DNA of 44,399 nucleotides, taken from the IMG/VR virus record IMGVR_UViG_3300015190_000001, positions 1 through 44,399 of that record; one strand, written 5' to 3'. The DNA comes from a virus. Both the position numbers and the translations under genes were made by a program. Each line of letters opens with the position of its first letter. The first letter of the stretch is position 1. This document shows positions 8,306-17,585 of this stretch, one piece after another. The notes under the pieces were generated by a model. It searched no databases, was not told the origin of the DNA, and was given only the letters and a program-made list of their open reading frames with translations.

Positions 8306-11300
8306 TGGCCGGCTTCCTCGCGCCCGAGAGTGATACCGTAACGCAGCCGACCGCTACAACTGCGTTTGGCGATCCGATCCTCGGTACGACTGTTCCCGGC
8401 GGCCACCAGGCGCGGGACTTCGGCGACGCGTTCATCGCCGGCCTCCAGGCGTCCTCGGGCGGCCTCGCCAAGCGCGGCAAGTTGCCGGACATGGAGCTTG
8501 GCCCGGACTCCCCCTGGTATCACCGGCTCGCTTCCGGGGTAGGCCAGCTTGTCGGCGACGTGCCGGCGATGGTCGCCGGGGGCGTTGCGGCGCAGGTTGT
8601 TACCGGCGGCAAAGGCGGCCCGATGGCCTCGGCGGTAGGCGCCTTCGCCGCCCCGATGGCGCTGCGCGAGGCGCTGATCGAGGCGTACACCCATAACTAC
8701 GCGACGACCTGGGAAGGCGTGCAGGAGGTGGGCTTCGCCGCGGCCAAGGGGGGCGCCAAGGGCGCTGTGCTCGGCGCGGTGACGATGGGCGCTGGGCGTG
8801 TCGTGGCGCCGATCCTCGCGCCCGCTGGCAGGGCAGCCGTGGTGGCAGGGACCACCGGGGCCGAGATCACCGCCCTCACGACGACCGGCGCGGCCCTCGA
8901 AGGGCACATGCCGGCCTGGCAGGACTTCATGGACAACGCGATCCTGCTGGGGGGCGTGAAGGCGTCCGCGCACGTCGCGCGCGGGATGTACCACATCTTC
9001 GCCGAGACGGGGCGCACGCCAGAGCAGATCGCCGCCGACGCTAAGGTCGACCCGGCACTTGCCGAGGCGCTGAAGAACCCGCCGAAGCCGGGCGAACTGC
9101 CCCAGCCCTACGGCCAGATCGCGCTCGAGCAGCGCATCGAGTCGGCGCTCGACAAGGACGCGCGCCCCGAAGTGCTCCGCAAGAACATGACCGACGAGCC
9201 GCGCGCCTTGGAGCTCGACAAGGCCGATCCGGTCAAGTACGAGTACATCGCCGACGGCGAGACGGCCAGGGGCGTGCTGCGCGAAGTCACCGGGCTGTAT
9301 CAGGCCGAGATCAACGCGCAGACCCGCGGCGTCGTGCCGAATGCGACGACCGCCGCCGAGGGCTTGAAGCAGGTATCGGACGGCTCCATCGCACCGCACG
9401 TCATTGGCGAGGCTGGAAACGCGGCCGAGATCTATGCTCGAGCGCACCTGCTGCGCGGCGCGACCGCTCACGCCGTCGGTGAGTTCAAGAAGCTCGCCGG
9501 TATCCCTGAGGCGGAACTTTCGCCGGCCGCAAAGCTCTCCGCGCTCGCCGCCCTGGAGCGCGTCGCCATGCTCAAGGCCGAAGTCGAGGGTGTCGGCGCG
9601 GAAGCCGGCCGCGCCCTTCAGATCTTCCGCGCCATCAAGCGCGACCCGTCTTTCCTGGGCGACGCTGAGGGGCTGCTCAAGCTCGCCGAGCGCAAAGGCA
9701 AGCTGCAAGACATCGCGAAGATGGTCGCGGACATGAAAGACCCGGCGCAGTTGGCCGAGTTCTCGCGCCAGTACAACAAGGCGACGACGATGGAGCAAGT
9801 GATCGAGGGCTGGCGCGCGGCCATCCTCTCTGGTCCGCAGACGCACATGGCGAACATCATGGGCAACTTGACGAAGATGTTCGTCGAGATCCCCGAGAGC
9901 GTCCTCTCCGCATCGCTCTACGCGCTCGACAAGGCCGCGCACGGCGACCCGCTCACGCTCTCGCAGTGGAAGGCCCGCGCCTTCGCGCCGTACTACGGGA
10001 TCAAGCTCGGCTCGAAAGAGGCGATATTCGCAGCCGCCGAGGTCTGGAAGATGAAGGGCGCGTCCGTCGAGAAGGCCGACGTGTTCCGCGAGGCGATCCC
10101 CGGCAAGGCTGGCGAAGTCATCCGGCTGCCGTTCAGGGCGCTCCAGGTCGAGGACGTGCTGTTCCGCACCCTGGCCGAGCGCGCCGAAGCCTACAAGCTC
10201 GCGGTGGACCGCGCGGTGAAGGAAGGGTTGCACCCCGAGACGGCAGAGGGCCGCGAGCGCGTGACGCTCTATACCGGGCGCCCGGACTTCGGACTGGAAG
10301 CGAAGGACGCCGCAGCCGCCATCAAGCGAATCCAAGACGTCGGAGCCGAGTCGGTCTTCTCGCAGCGCCTCGGACCGCGCATGGAGATCGCGCAGCGCGC
10401 AATGGCCGGCAGCGCCTTGAGCTTCATCGTTCCATTCGTGCGGACGCCAGCAAACCTCGTGTCGTGGGCTTTGCAGCACACGCCGGGGTTGAACCTCCTC
10501 TCCGGCCGCTGGCGAGAGGATTTTTCTGCTGGCGGAGAAGCGCGGGCTCGCGCGGTCGCGCGCGTCGCGATCGGCACCGGCCTCGCGGCCACCGCGTACA
10601 CGCTCGCCTCCGATGGCTCGCTCACCGGCGGCGGAATGTTCGACAAGGAGGAAAGGCGAACGAAGACCGCCGCTGGCTGGCAGCCATACAGCATCAAGAT
10701 CGGCGAGAAGTATTACAGCTACCAGCGGATCGAGCCGGTGGCGAAGGTGCTCGGCCTCGCCGCGGACCTCATCGAACTTGATCGGAACACGACGGACAAA
10801 GAGGACAAGGCGAAGATCGCGACGATGCTCGTCCTCATGTTCGGCAACGCGACCGTGAGCACGACGTATCTCTCGGGTTTGTCGAACGCCATCCAGGCGA
10901 TCACCGACCCGGGCCGCTACGGCGAGAACTTCCTCGAGCAGTACGCTTCCTCGCTAGTGCCGAAAGCGGTCGGTCAGGTCGTGACTGCCGCCGACCCGCA
11001 CAAGCGCGAAGTGAACGGCATCTTCGACGCGATCCAGAGTCAGCTGCCATTCCTGCGCGAGAAGCTGCTTCCCAAGCGCGACGTGTGGGGCGAGCCGCAA
11101 AAGAACGATCGCTGGTTCGCCGTCCTGCCGGTGGCGACGAGCGATGTGAGCCAGGAGAAGGTTCGCACCGAGGCCGCGCGCTTGCACCTCGCTATCGCGG
11201 ACGCGCCGCGCTTCGCGATGGAGCGCGCACCCTTCAGCGCGAAAGAGAAGCGCGTCGATTTGACCGAGCCGCAGCGCGACATCTTCCGCGAGGTGAGCGG

Positions 11301-11547
11301 CAAGAACGCGATGGAGATTCTGGCGCCGATCGTGAACTCGTCCGACTGGAGCCAGATCCCCGACTTCGCGAAGGCCGAGGTCTACAAGAAGGTGATCGAG
11401 GGTGCGCGCAAGCAGGGCATGTACTCGGCGCTGCCGCCCGATGATCCGTCGCGCGAGAAGCTGCGCGAGAAGCTGATTGAGAAGGTCATCAAGCAGACAC
11501 GCGACGCTGAGACGAACGTGCCGGCCCCCGAACGGAGAGTCAAGTGA
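8305..11547 (+). CDS. Large internal virion/DNA-ejection protein (gp16-position)
   Basis: 1080 aa, with Gly/Ala-rich hydrophobic N-terminal segments. GTG start overlaps the upstream TAG. No lytic transglycosylase motif was recognised. Confidence 0.55.
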   Translation: MAGFLAPESDTVTQPTATTAFGDPILGTTVPGGHQARDFGDAFIAGLQASSGGLAKRGKLPDMELGPDSPWYHRLASGVGQLVGDVPAMVAGGVAAQVVTGGKGGPMASAVGAFAAPMALREALIEAYTHNYATTWEGVQEVGFAAAKGGAKGAVLGAVTMGAGRVVAPILAPAGRAAVVAGTTGAEITALTTTGAALEGHMPAWQDFMDNAILLGGVKASAHVARGMYHIFAETGRTPEQIAADAKVDPALAEALKNPPKPGELPQPYGQIALEQRIESALDKDARPEVLRKNMTDEPRALELDKADPVKYEYIADGETARGVLREVTGLYQAEINAQTRGVVPNATTAAEGLKQVSDGSIAPHVIGEAGNAAEIYARAHLLRGATAHAVGEFKKLAGIPEAELSPAAKLSALAALERVAMLKAEVEGVGAEAGRALQIFRAIKRDPSFLGDAEGLLKLAERKGKLQDIAKMVADMKDPAQLAEFSRQYNKATTMEQVIEGWRAAILSGPQTHMANIMGNLTKMFVEIPESVLSASLYALDKAAHGDPLTLSQWKARAFAPYYGIKLGSKEAIFAAAEVWKMKGASVEKADVFREAIPGKAGEVIRLPFRALQVEDVLFRTLAERAEAYKLAVDRAVKEGLHPETAEGRERVTLYTGRPDFGLEAKDAAAAIKRIQDVGAESVFSQRLGPRMEIAQRAMAGSALSFIVPFVRTPANLVSWALQHTPGLNLLSGRWREDFSAGGEARARAVARVAIGTGLAATAYTLASDGSLTGGGMFDKEERRTKTAAGWQPYSIKIGEKYYSYQRIEPVAKVLGLAADLIELDRNTTDKEDKAKIATMLVLMFGNATVSTTYLSGLSNAIQAITDPGRYGENFLEQYASSLVPKAVGQVVTAADPHKREVNGIFDAIQSQLPFLREKLLPKRDVWGEPQKNDRWFAVLPVATSDVSQEKVRTEAARLHLAIADAPRFAMERAPFSAKEKRVDLTEPQRDIFREVSGKNAMEILAPIVNSSDWSQIPDFAKAEVYKKVIEGARKQGMYSALPPDDPSREKLREKLIEKVIKQTRDAETNVPAPERRVK

Positions 11548-11894
11548 TCCTTGAACTCGGTGACGGCCGCGAGATCCCACTGCCCGACAGCATGCCGGAC
11601 GAGACGGCGCGGCAACTGAAGCGTTTGATCCTCACCCTCGAGGAGCGCGCTCGCACCGCCGAGTCCGAGGTGCGCCTTCTGCGGGATGAGATGGCCGCTT
11701 TGCGCAGCCAGGTAGCGACGGTCGCCGTCAAGCAGAACGACCACGCGCCGCTCGTTGATGCAATCGGCCGTATGCACGCCGACATCAAGACCGGGCTTGA
11801 CTCGGTGCGCGCGGCGGCGAGCGCCGATCGCATGATGGTGCCCGATGAGTACGGCGAGATGACGCGATCAAAGGTAGTGAAAAATGTCGGTTAA
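11544..11894 (+). CDS. Hypothetical coiled-coil protein
   Basis: 116 aa, GTGA overlap with the upstream gene, heptad-like helical sequence. Confidence 0.5.
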   Translation: MILELGDGREIPLPDSMPDETARQLKRLILTLEERARTAESEVRLLRDEMAALRSQVATVAVKQNDHAPLVDAIGRMHADIKTGLDSVRAAASADRMMVPDEYGEMTRSKVVKNVG

Positions 11895-13374
11895 AACTGC
11901 TGGCGTAGGCCATTTCCAAATCCCGACCGCCCCGGCGGCGGGCACGTCCGTCACGAGCGGCGCGGCGAACGTCTATACAACGACCTATGTGCAGCTAATC
12001 GCGAGCACGGCTGCGGCGCTCTACATCACGGGCATTTATGTGGAAGAAGCCGCCGCGACGGCAGCGACCTATATCTCTGTGCAACTTGCTACCGGGGGCG
12101 CGGGCGCTGAGACAATCGTCGGGCAATACCTCGTTGCGCCGTCCACGGGCAGCACGGTGACGCGCACCTACCGTCCGATCTTCCCGCCGATCCCCGTTGC
12201 GGTCTCCACACGGATCGCCGCGAAGACAGCGGACAGCGTGGGGGCGGCGGCGAAACTTATTACGCTCGAATGTATCGCGCAGTCGAACGTCGTGGACTCC
12301 GGCATCGCGGTCGGGACGGTGACGACGGTGACGAACCAGCTCACCGCCGCCGCGATTGCGGCCGGCGTGTGGCAGGACGCTGTGGCTGGCGACTTCACCG
12401 TCGCGAGCAGCGTCGGCAAGGCGCTCTACATCTCGAACGTCGCCCCCGGAGCAGCGGGCGGTCACATGATTTCCGGCTCCAACGCCGGCACGACTACCCT
12501 CGGCGCGCTCACGGTTACAGGTGTCACGACGCACACCGGGAACGTGGTGCTGTCGGACGGCCTGACGATCTCGGCGCCGAGCACGCTCAACCGGGCGGGC
12601 TTCGACATCGCAGGGAACGGCACGGGCGCAGCGATCAAGGCCACGGGTGGCGCGACCGGCATCGGAGTGAACGTCATCGGCGGCGGCACATCTGGCGATG
12701 GCATCAAGGTCACGACTACCTCTGGACACGGCCTCAACCTCGCGCCGGTCGGGACGAACATGCACGGCCTGCTCTCGACCGGCGGCAACGGCGGGGTGAG
12801 CGACGGCGTGAAGGCAGCGGCGGGCACGGGCGGCGTTGACTTCCGCGCGAACCAGACCGGCAGCATCACCGGCAACCTGTCAGGCAGCGTCGGAAGCGTA
12901 ACTGGCGCAGTTGGCAGTGTGACCGGCGCGGTGGGCTCGGTAACTGGGGCGGTGGGTAGTGTGACGGGCGCAGTTGGCTCGGTCACCGGAGCAGTAGGCA
13001 GCGTCACCGGCAACGTCGGCGGGAACGTGGTCGGCTCGGTGGCGAGCGTCACGGCGCGGGTTTCTGCAAACGTCGATCAGGTCGATGGGGCTGCTCTCAC
13101 GGCGCACGCCGCTGGCAAGATTCCGGCGGACGTTCTCACGGTCGCGGGAATGCTGCAGACCGCCCGTGATCTCGGCGGGCAGCTTGACGCCGCAGTCAGC
13201 ACGCGCCTCGCCACCGCCGGCTACACCGCGCCGGACAACACGAGCATCACGGCGATCAAGGCGAAGACCGACAGCCTCACCTTCACCGTCGCGAACAAAC
13301 TCGACGTCAACCTGCTGGTTGTGAACGGCGTGACGCTTGTCGGTGACGGCAGCGCGACGCCGTTCAACGTATGA
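11884..13374 (+). CDS. Tail fibre protein with GSVTGAV heptapeptide repeats
   Basis: 496 aa, Gly/Ser/Thr/Val/Ala-rich. It carries five perfect GSVTGAV units plus variants and sits in the tail module. Confidence 0.7.
   Translation: MSVKTAGVGHFQIPTAPAAGTSVTSGAANVYTTTYVQLIASTAAALYITGIYVEEAAATAATYISVQLATGGAGAETIVGQYLVAPSTGSTVTRTYRPIFPPIPVAVSTRIAAKTADSVGAAAKLITLECIAQSNVVDSGIAVGTVTTVTNQLTAAAIAAGVWQDAVAGDFTVASSVGKALYISNVAPGAAGGHMISGSNAGTTTLGALTVTGVTTHTGNVVLSDGLTISAPSTLNRAGFDIAGNGTGAAIKATGGATGIGVNVIGGGTSGDGIKVTTTSGHGLNLAPVGTNMHGLLSTGGNGGVSDGVKAAAGTGGVDFRANQTGSITGNLSGSVGSVTGAVGSVTGAVGSVTGAVGSVTGAVGSVTGAVGSVTGNVGGNVVGSVASVTARVSANVDQVDGAALTAHAAGKIPADVLTVAGMLQTARDLGGQLDAAVSTRLATAGYTAPDNTSITAIKAKTDSLTFTVANKLDVNLLVVNGVTLVGDGSATPFNV
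12883..13017 (+). repeat. In-frame tandem 21-bp repeat (about 6.4 units) encoding GSV + (GSVTGAV)x5 + GSVTGNV
   Basis: Units start at 12892, 12913, 12934, 12955, 12976 and 12997. The amino-acid units are identical while most wobble positions differ (for example ggaagcgtaactggcgcagtt, ggcagtgtgaccggcgcggtg, ggctcggtaactggggcggtg). Confidence 0.9.
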
Positions 13375-13565
13375 GCCTTCAGGCAGATGGCGTATGGAAG
13401 GGCGCGCTGTGGGCGCCCACGGTGTGGGCGAGCGGAGTCTGGTTCGAGAACGCAGCAGCCGCTACTCCTCCGGTGCCCGCCGTCGGCCAGATGGACTACC
13501 CGATTTCGTTCGTCGCGAAACAAAAGCGTAGGCGGCTGAATCCATTGCTGCTTCTCCTCGGATGA
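13371..13565 (+). CDS. Hypothetical small protein (Trp-rich GVW motifs, hydrophobic C-terminus)
   Basis: 64 aa, ATGA overlap with the fibre gene. Sequence GVWKGALWAPTVWASGVW. Confidence 0.45.
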   Translation: MSLQADGVWKGALWAPTVWASGVWFENAAAATPPVPAVGQMDYPISFVAKQKRRRLNPLLLLLG

Positions 13566-13583
13566 TTAACTGGAAGTGACCCT

Positions 13584-15317
13584 ATGACCGTAGCCAGCGC
13601 GCTTAATAGAAAAACCTTTACCGGCGATGCCGTCACCACGAGCTTCGCCACGTCGCCTGTCGTCTTCTTCAGTTCGGGCGATCTGGACGTCTACGTCGTC
13701 ACGACCGCTACCGGTGTAGCGACGCTCCTCACGGAGAATACGCACTACACGGTGACGGGTGGCGGCACCAGCCCTGCGGTCGGCACGGTGAGTCTCGCCG
13801 GCGGCTCCGCGCCATACGGTGCTCCTGCTGCGACGCAGACGCTCGTCATCGTTCGCAACATCGACATCCTTCAGGCAGTCGACTTCGTGCAGAACGACGC
13901 GAGCGACGCGGAAGTCGCCGAGGCTGCGCTCGACAGGATCACGATGATCGCGCAGCAGTTGAGCGCGCTGCAAGCGCGTTCGCTCGCGCTGAGCGACAGT
14001 GATGTCTCCGGTGCCAATCCGACGCTGCCGACCCCGGCGGTCGGGAAGCTGCTCGGGTGGGCGACCGGCCCGGTGCTTTCGAACTACGACCCGGCCACGT
14101 CACTTTCCGGCGTCTACGTGCCGACCGCGTTCATCGCCACGCTGCTCGACGATGCCGACGCCCTGACCGCGCGCACGACTCTCGGCGTGCAGACCTCCGC
14201 GCTGACGGAGGATGCAGCGCCGGATCTCGTCAAAGACTTCGTGCATGTGTACGACGCGAGCGCGTCGGCGCTGAAGAAAGACCGCCCGATCCTTCTCGGC
14301 GGCCCGAGCGAAGCGGTGGCGCTGCGAAACGGCTATCTCGACTGGACGGTGAGCGGCAACGCGCTGACGTGCGCGATCAAGACCCTCGCTGGCACCGACC
14401 CGAGCGCCACCGATCCGGTTTTCGCCCTCGTGCGCAGCGCGACCGCGACGACCGGAGCACCGTCCGAGGTAAAGATCACGGCGGCGAACAGCGTTGTCGT
14501 CTCTAGCGGTAGCACGCTCGGCACACGCAATGCGATCCCCTCGCGAGTGTGGGCGGTGCTGTTCGACGATGCTGGCACCTACCGCCTCGGCGTCATCAAC
14601 TGCCTGACGACTGTTGCTGGTGCGGGCGCGGGCAGCGATGTCACGGCGATCTACCCGCTCGAAGGATGGGGCATCGCCTCCAGCACTGCCGAGGGCGGCG
14701 CGGGCGCAGCCGATAGCGCGCAGACCTTCTACACCGGCACGGCGGTCACGTCGAAGGCGTACACGACGCTCGGCTACGCGACCTTCGAGAGCGGGCAAGC
14801 AACTGCCGGAACGTGGGCGACTGCGGCGTCGAGGAAGCATCTCCAGCGGCAGGGCGATCCGCTGCCGGGGCAAACGATTCAAGTGCAGCGCAATGACACC
14901 GGCGCGATGACCACTGGCACGACGCTGGTGCCGAACGACAACACGATCCCTCAGATTACTGAGGGCGATCAGTACATGACGCAGGCGATTACGCCGACGA
15001 GTGCGGCGAACGTGCTGAGTATCGACAGCGAAACGGAAGCATCGGCTAGCGCCAACAGCGTAGTCGTGTGCCTATTCCAAGACGCCACCGCTAACGCGCT
15101 CGCGGCGAAACGCTTCAACGTCGGCACTGCCGGAACTATCACGCCGCTGCGGTTGTACAAAAAAATACTATCTGCAGGAACGGCAGCAACCACGATCAGA
15201 GTGCGCGCTGGCGGAGGTGACGGTGCTTCGACGATCACTTTCAACGGCGTGGGCGGGGTACAGCAGTACGGTGCCGTCTATAACTCCTACACGGAAGTCA
15301 CGGAGATCATGGCATGA
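13584..15317 (+). CDS. Second tail fibre/tailspike-like protein
   Basis: 577 aa. The N-terminal approximately 130 aa (..FTGDAVTTSF..YVV..THYTVTGG..VSL..IVRN..LQ..DF..) resembles the conserved virion-attachment domain of podovirus spikes. The C-terminus is beta-rich. Confidence 0.65.
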   Translation: MTVASALNRKTFTGDAVTTSFATSPVVFFSSGDLDVYVVTTATGVATLLTENTHYTVTGGGTSPAVGTVSLAGGSAPYGAPAATQTLVIVRNIDILQAVDFVQNDASDAEVAEAALDRITMIAQQLSALQARSLALSDSDVSGANPTLPTPAVGKLLGWATGPVLSNYDPATSLSGVYVPTAFIATLLDDADALTARTTLGVQTSALTEDAAPDLVKDFVHVYDASASALKKDRPILLGGPSEAVALRNGYLDWTVSGNALTCAIKTLAGTDPSATDPVFALVRSATATTGAPSEVKITAANSVVVSSGSTLGTRNAIPSRVWAVLFDDAGTYRLGVINCLTTVAGAGAGSDVTAIYPLEGWGIASSTAEGGAGAADSAQTFYTGTAVTSKAYTTLGYATFESGQATAGTWATAASRKHLQRQGDPLPGQTIQVQRNDTGAMTTGTTLVPNDNTIPQITEGDQYMTQAITPTSAANVLSIDSETEASASANSVVVCLFQDATANALAAKRFNVGTAGTITPLRLYKKILSAGTAATTIRVRAGGGDGASTITFNGVGGVQQYGAVYNSYTEVTEIMA

Positions 15318-15592
15318 GCGCGATTCGCTGCATCTACCACGGCAAAGAGCCGAACTTCCCGGCCACCGACCAGCACCCGGATGCCGTGCGCTACAAGGTC
15401 GGCCTCTACTTCGTCGACGCGATCGGCGGCGAGCCAACGCAGGCCGAGCTCGACGCAGTCCTGAACCCGCCGCCTCCGCCGAAGAGGATTGCAGACGGCG
15501 ATCTCGCCGCGGTGCTGGTGACGAAGGGGCTCATCACGCAAGCCGAAGTCGATGCCGCTGTTGCGGCTGTGGCCGTCCCGAAAGGTGTGTGA
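15314..15592 (+). CDS. Hypothetical protein (possible fibre assembly/accessory)
   Basis: 92 aa, ATGA overlap with the spike gene. Confidence 0.5.
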   Translation: MSAIRCIYHGKEPNFPATDQHPDAVRYKVGLYFVDAIGGEPTQAELDAVLNPPPPPKRIADGDLAAVLVTKGLITQAEVDAAVAAVAVPKGV

Positions 15593-15828
15593 TGGACGGA
15601 TTCACGCCGACGTTCTTGCTGCAGCTAGTCCTGGTCATCGGCTCCTCCGGGGCGGTGTACGGGGCAATTCGCGCTGACCTGAACAACATGAAGCGAAGCC
15701 TCGACGAAGAGAGGCGCCTGCGCGAGAAGCACGAAACCGAGGACGACAGGACGCACCACGACATCCGCGACGAGATTGCCTCGGTCGTTATGAAGGTCTC
15801 CGTGATGGAAGGCAGGGCACTCAAATGA
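15592..15828 (+). CDS. Single-pass membrane protein (possible holin/antiholin-type)
   Basis: Internal ATG at 15592 of ORF 15217-15828 overlaps the upstream TGA by 1 nt. The 78-aa product has a TM helix (FLLQLVLVIGSSGAVYGAI) followed by a highly charged tail. Confidence 0.5.
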   Translation: MDGFTPTFLLQLVLVIGSSGAVYGAIRADLNNMKRSLDEERRLREKHETEDDRTHHDIRDEIASVVMKVSVMEGRALK

Positions 15829-16271
15829 AGGGGGGCGCAATGGCAAACGACGACTGGTTCGAGGGGCGACGCTGGAGCCTGTTTCATGGTGACGAGGAAG
15901 CGATGGAGCGCTGCTACTGGCGCCGCGTCGGGTTCGTCATGTTCGCCGCAGTCGCGCTCGCGGTCATCATCCTGCCGCTCCTCCTCGGCGGCTGCGCAAC
16001 GATTACCCCCCCCCCGCAGCCCAGCAAGTCTGCCTACGACGGGCCGCCGATGGTCACCACCGATGGCAAGGGCAACTCCATCCGGCTGACGAAGGCGCCG
16101 TGCCCGAACGTCTCGGGCTGGCTCTCGATGTCGGCCGCTGAGATGGTCTTCGAGGGCAAGCAGTACAAGGCGTGCTGGGTGATGGTCGGGACTGTAGTCC
16201 TCGTCTTCGATTCCAACGGCGACGCGACGCCGATCCCGGCGCAGGCGTTCAAGCCAGAGACGCAGGTCTGA
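15825..16271 (+). CDS. Putative lipoprotein (lipobox LLGGC); alternative start at 15903
   Basis: The ATGA-coupled start at 15825 gives 148 aa. The internal ATG at 15903 has RBS GAGGAAG and yields a canonical lipoprotein signal peptide (MERCYWRRVGFVMFAAVALAVIILPLLLGG|C). A C10 tract follows the lipobox. Confidence 0.6.
   Translation: MKGGAMANDDWFEGRRWSLFHGDEEAMERCYWRRVGFVMFAAVALAVIILPLLLGGCATITPPPQPSKSAYDGPPMVTTDGKGNSIRLTKAPCPNVSGWLSMSAAEMVFEGKQYKACWVMVGTVVLVFDSNGDATPIPAQAFKPETQV
16006..16015 (+). repeat. Homopolymeric C10 tract inside the lipoprotein gene
   Basis: gattaCCCCCCCCCCgcagc encodes T-P-P-P, four codons after the lipobox Cys. Confidence 0.9.
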
Positions 16272-16363
16272 CAAGTGAAGGTCTACCGCGGCTCTGGCTT
16301 CTGGAAATTCCGACCGTTCCAAAGTTGCAGCTACAGCTTCGACTTCACCGACGAGGAAGTGCC

Positions 16364-16807
16364 GTGCTGGTTCCACCGGACGATGCAGCGCTGGCTGCTC
16401 GGCTTCCGCTGGGAGAAGAAGTGATCTCGCTCCCAGACTATTTCATGGGTCGGGACCAGCAATTCCCTCTCGAACTCACGGACGAACTGCGCAGCAACGC
16501 GGCGAGCACCGTCGATCGCGTCAACCAACTCCTGGAAGCGTTCGGCGAGGAGCGCAAGGTGAACTCTGGATGGCGGCCGGCGGTCGTCAATGCCGCCACG
16601 CCGAATGCGGCGAAGAAGTCGAAGCACATGACCTGCCAAGCGTGCGACCTGTCGGACTACACCGGCTCACTAGATGCGTGGTGCATGAACAACCTGGAAG
16701 CGCTGGAGAGAATCGGCCTCTGGCTCGAGCACCCGGCCAGCACGCCGAACTGGTGCCACGTTCAAATCGTGCCGCCTGGGTCTGGGAACCGGGTGTTTCG
16801 CCCATGA
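16364..16807 (+). CDS. Endolysin, peptidase M15 (VanY/L-Ala-D-Glu peptidase-like) family
   Basis: Motifs SGWRP..N, KSKHMTCQACDL (H..D) and NWCHVQ (H) match the M15 zinc-peptidase signature. The start is uncertain: GTG 16364 (RBS GAGG), GTG 16421 (RBS GGGAG) or ATG 16445. The ORF-track start at 16172 overlaps the previous gene. Confidence 0.75.
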   Translation: MLVPPDDAALAARLPLGEEVISLPDYFMGRDQQFPLELTDELRSNAASTVDRVNQLLEAFGEERKVNSGWRPAVVNAATPNAAKKSKHMTCQACDLSDYTGSLDAWCMNNLEALERIGLWLEHPASTPNWCHVQIVPPGSGNRVFRP

Positions 16808-17127
16808 ACGAAGACCTCGCAGCTTGGATCTACCTCGCCACGCTGCTCTGGCCGCTGGCCTGCCTTACTTGGCTGCACGTCAAAGGCAAGGTCGATCTCA
16901 TGAGCTCGATCACCATCTCGAAGGACGGGAAGACCTATGTTGACGGGAAGAAGCTCGCCTACGTCGGGGCCTTCGCTGTCGCCGCCACGGCTTTCGCATA
17001 CCTCGCGGTGACGGACCGATTTACCGAGTGGTACGCCTCGCTCTTCCTTGCTGCTTTTGTCGGCGGCAAGTGGCTCGGTGACAGGGAGCAGCGCTTGAGT
17101 AAGCAGGCGGAGCAGGCGAAGCCATGA
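16804..17127 (+). CDS. Holin (three predicted TM segments)
   Basis: ATGA overlap with the endolysin stop. The 107-aa product has TM segments AAWIYLATLLWPLACLTWLHV, LAYVGAFAVAATAFAYLAV and WYASLFLAAFVGGKWL, plus a charged C-terminus. It lies between the endolysin and the spanins. Confidence 0.65.
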   Translation: MNEDLAAWIYLATLLWPLACLTWLHVKGKVDLMSSITISKDGKTYVDGKKLAYVGAFAVAATAFAYLAVTDRFTEWYASLFLAAFVGGKWLGDREQRLSKQAEQAKP

Positions 17128-17585
17128 CCTTCTTCCTGCTCTACTGGAAGCAGATCGCGGTGGCCGTATTCATTGCCCTGCTGGTCGGGTACGGGCAGAC
17201 GATGCGAGTCCAGCGGGACATTGCGCGCAACGAGTATTCGGACTTCCGCCGTGAAGTCGCCATATCCGCCCAGGCCGCCGCAGAAAACGCCTTGAAGAAA
17301 ACAATCGCCGACGAGAAACGGAAGGAAGAAGCCGATGCCAACAATCTACGCCTACGCAGCGATCTGGCTGTGCTTACTAAGCGGCTGCGCGACGCCCGCG
17401 CCAATAGCAACTTCGTGCCCGCCGCCCCCGCCGGCTCCGACAGTCCTGCTCGCGCCACCTTCGACCGAGAAGCCCTTGAGCGAGCGATACGAGCTTTCGA
17501 TTCAGAGGTTCAGGGACTCATTGACGAAGGCAGCCGCGCAGTAGTCGATCTCGACACTGCGAAGCGCTGGGCGCGAGAACGATGA
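17124..17585 (+). CDS. Rz: i-spanin (Rz-like)
   Basis: 153 aa with an N-terminal TM helix and a coiled-coil periplasmic domain. It contains an embedded lipoprotein ORF in the +1 frame. Confidence 0.75.
   Translation: MTFFLLYWKQIAVAVFIALLVGYGQTMRVQRDIARNEYSDFRREVAISAQAAAENALKKTIADEKRKEEADANNLRLRSDLAVLTKRLRDARANSNFVPAAPAGSDSPARATFDREALERAIRAFDSEVQGLIDEGSRAVVDLDTAKRWARER
17335..17544 (+). CDS. Rz1: o-spanin (Rz1-like), fully embedded in Rz
   Basis: 69 aa with lipobox LLSGC and a Pro-rich mature part (CPPPPPAP). The embedded architecture is classical. Confidence 0.75.
   Translation: MPTIYAYAAIWLCLLSGCATPAPIATSCPPPPPAPTVLLAPPSTEKPLSERYELSIQRFRDSLTKAAAQ

Noticed and set aside
8068-10479. Very long minus-strand ORF (803 aa), and similar shadow ORFs at 160-1530, 869-1699, 17882-19048, 39072-40448, 41916-42908 and 42919-43776
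   Set aside because: Their products are Arg/Gly/Ala/Pro/His-rich, low-complexity sequences. They lie antisense or out of frame to genes with clear domain signatures. Such open frames are expected by chance in DNA of this GC content.
12883-13017. Regular 21-bp repeats as a possible CRISPR-like array
   Set aside because: The units are contiguous with no spacers, in frame, and encode a heptapeptide within a long fibre ORF.
11884-15600. Diversity-generating retroelement near the fibre genes, as in BPP-1-type podophages
   Set aside because: No reverse-transcriptase-sized ORF with a YxDD-type motif exists anywhere in the window. I saw no template/variable repeat pair at the 3' ends of the fibre genes.
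15592-17585. Unimolecular spanin or SAR-endolysin alternatives for the lysis cassette
   Set aside because: The endolysin has no N-terminal hydrophobic segment. A canonical embedded Rz/Rz1 pair is present. The lipoprotein at 15825-16271 lacks a C-terminal TM helix.
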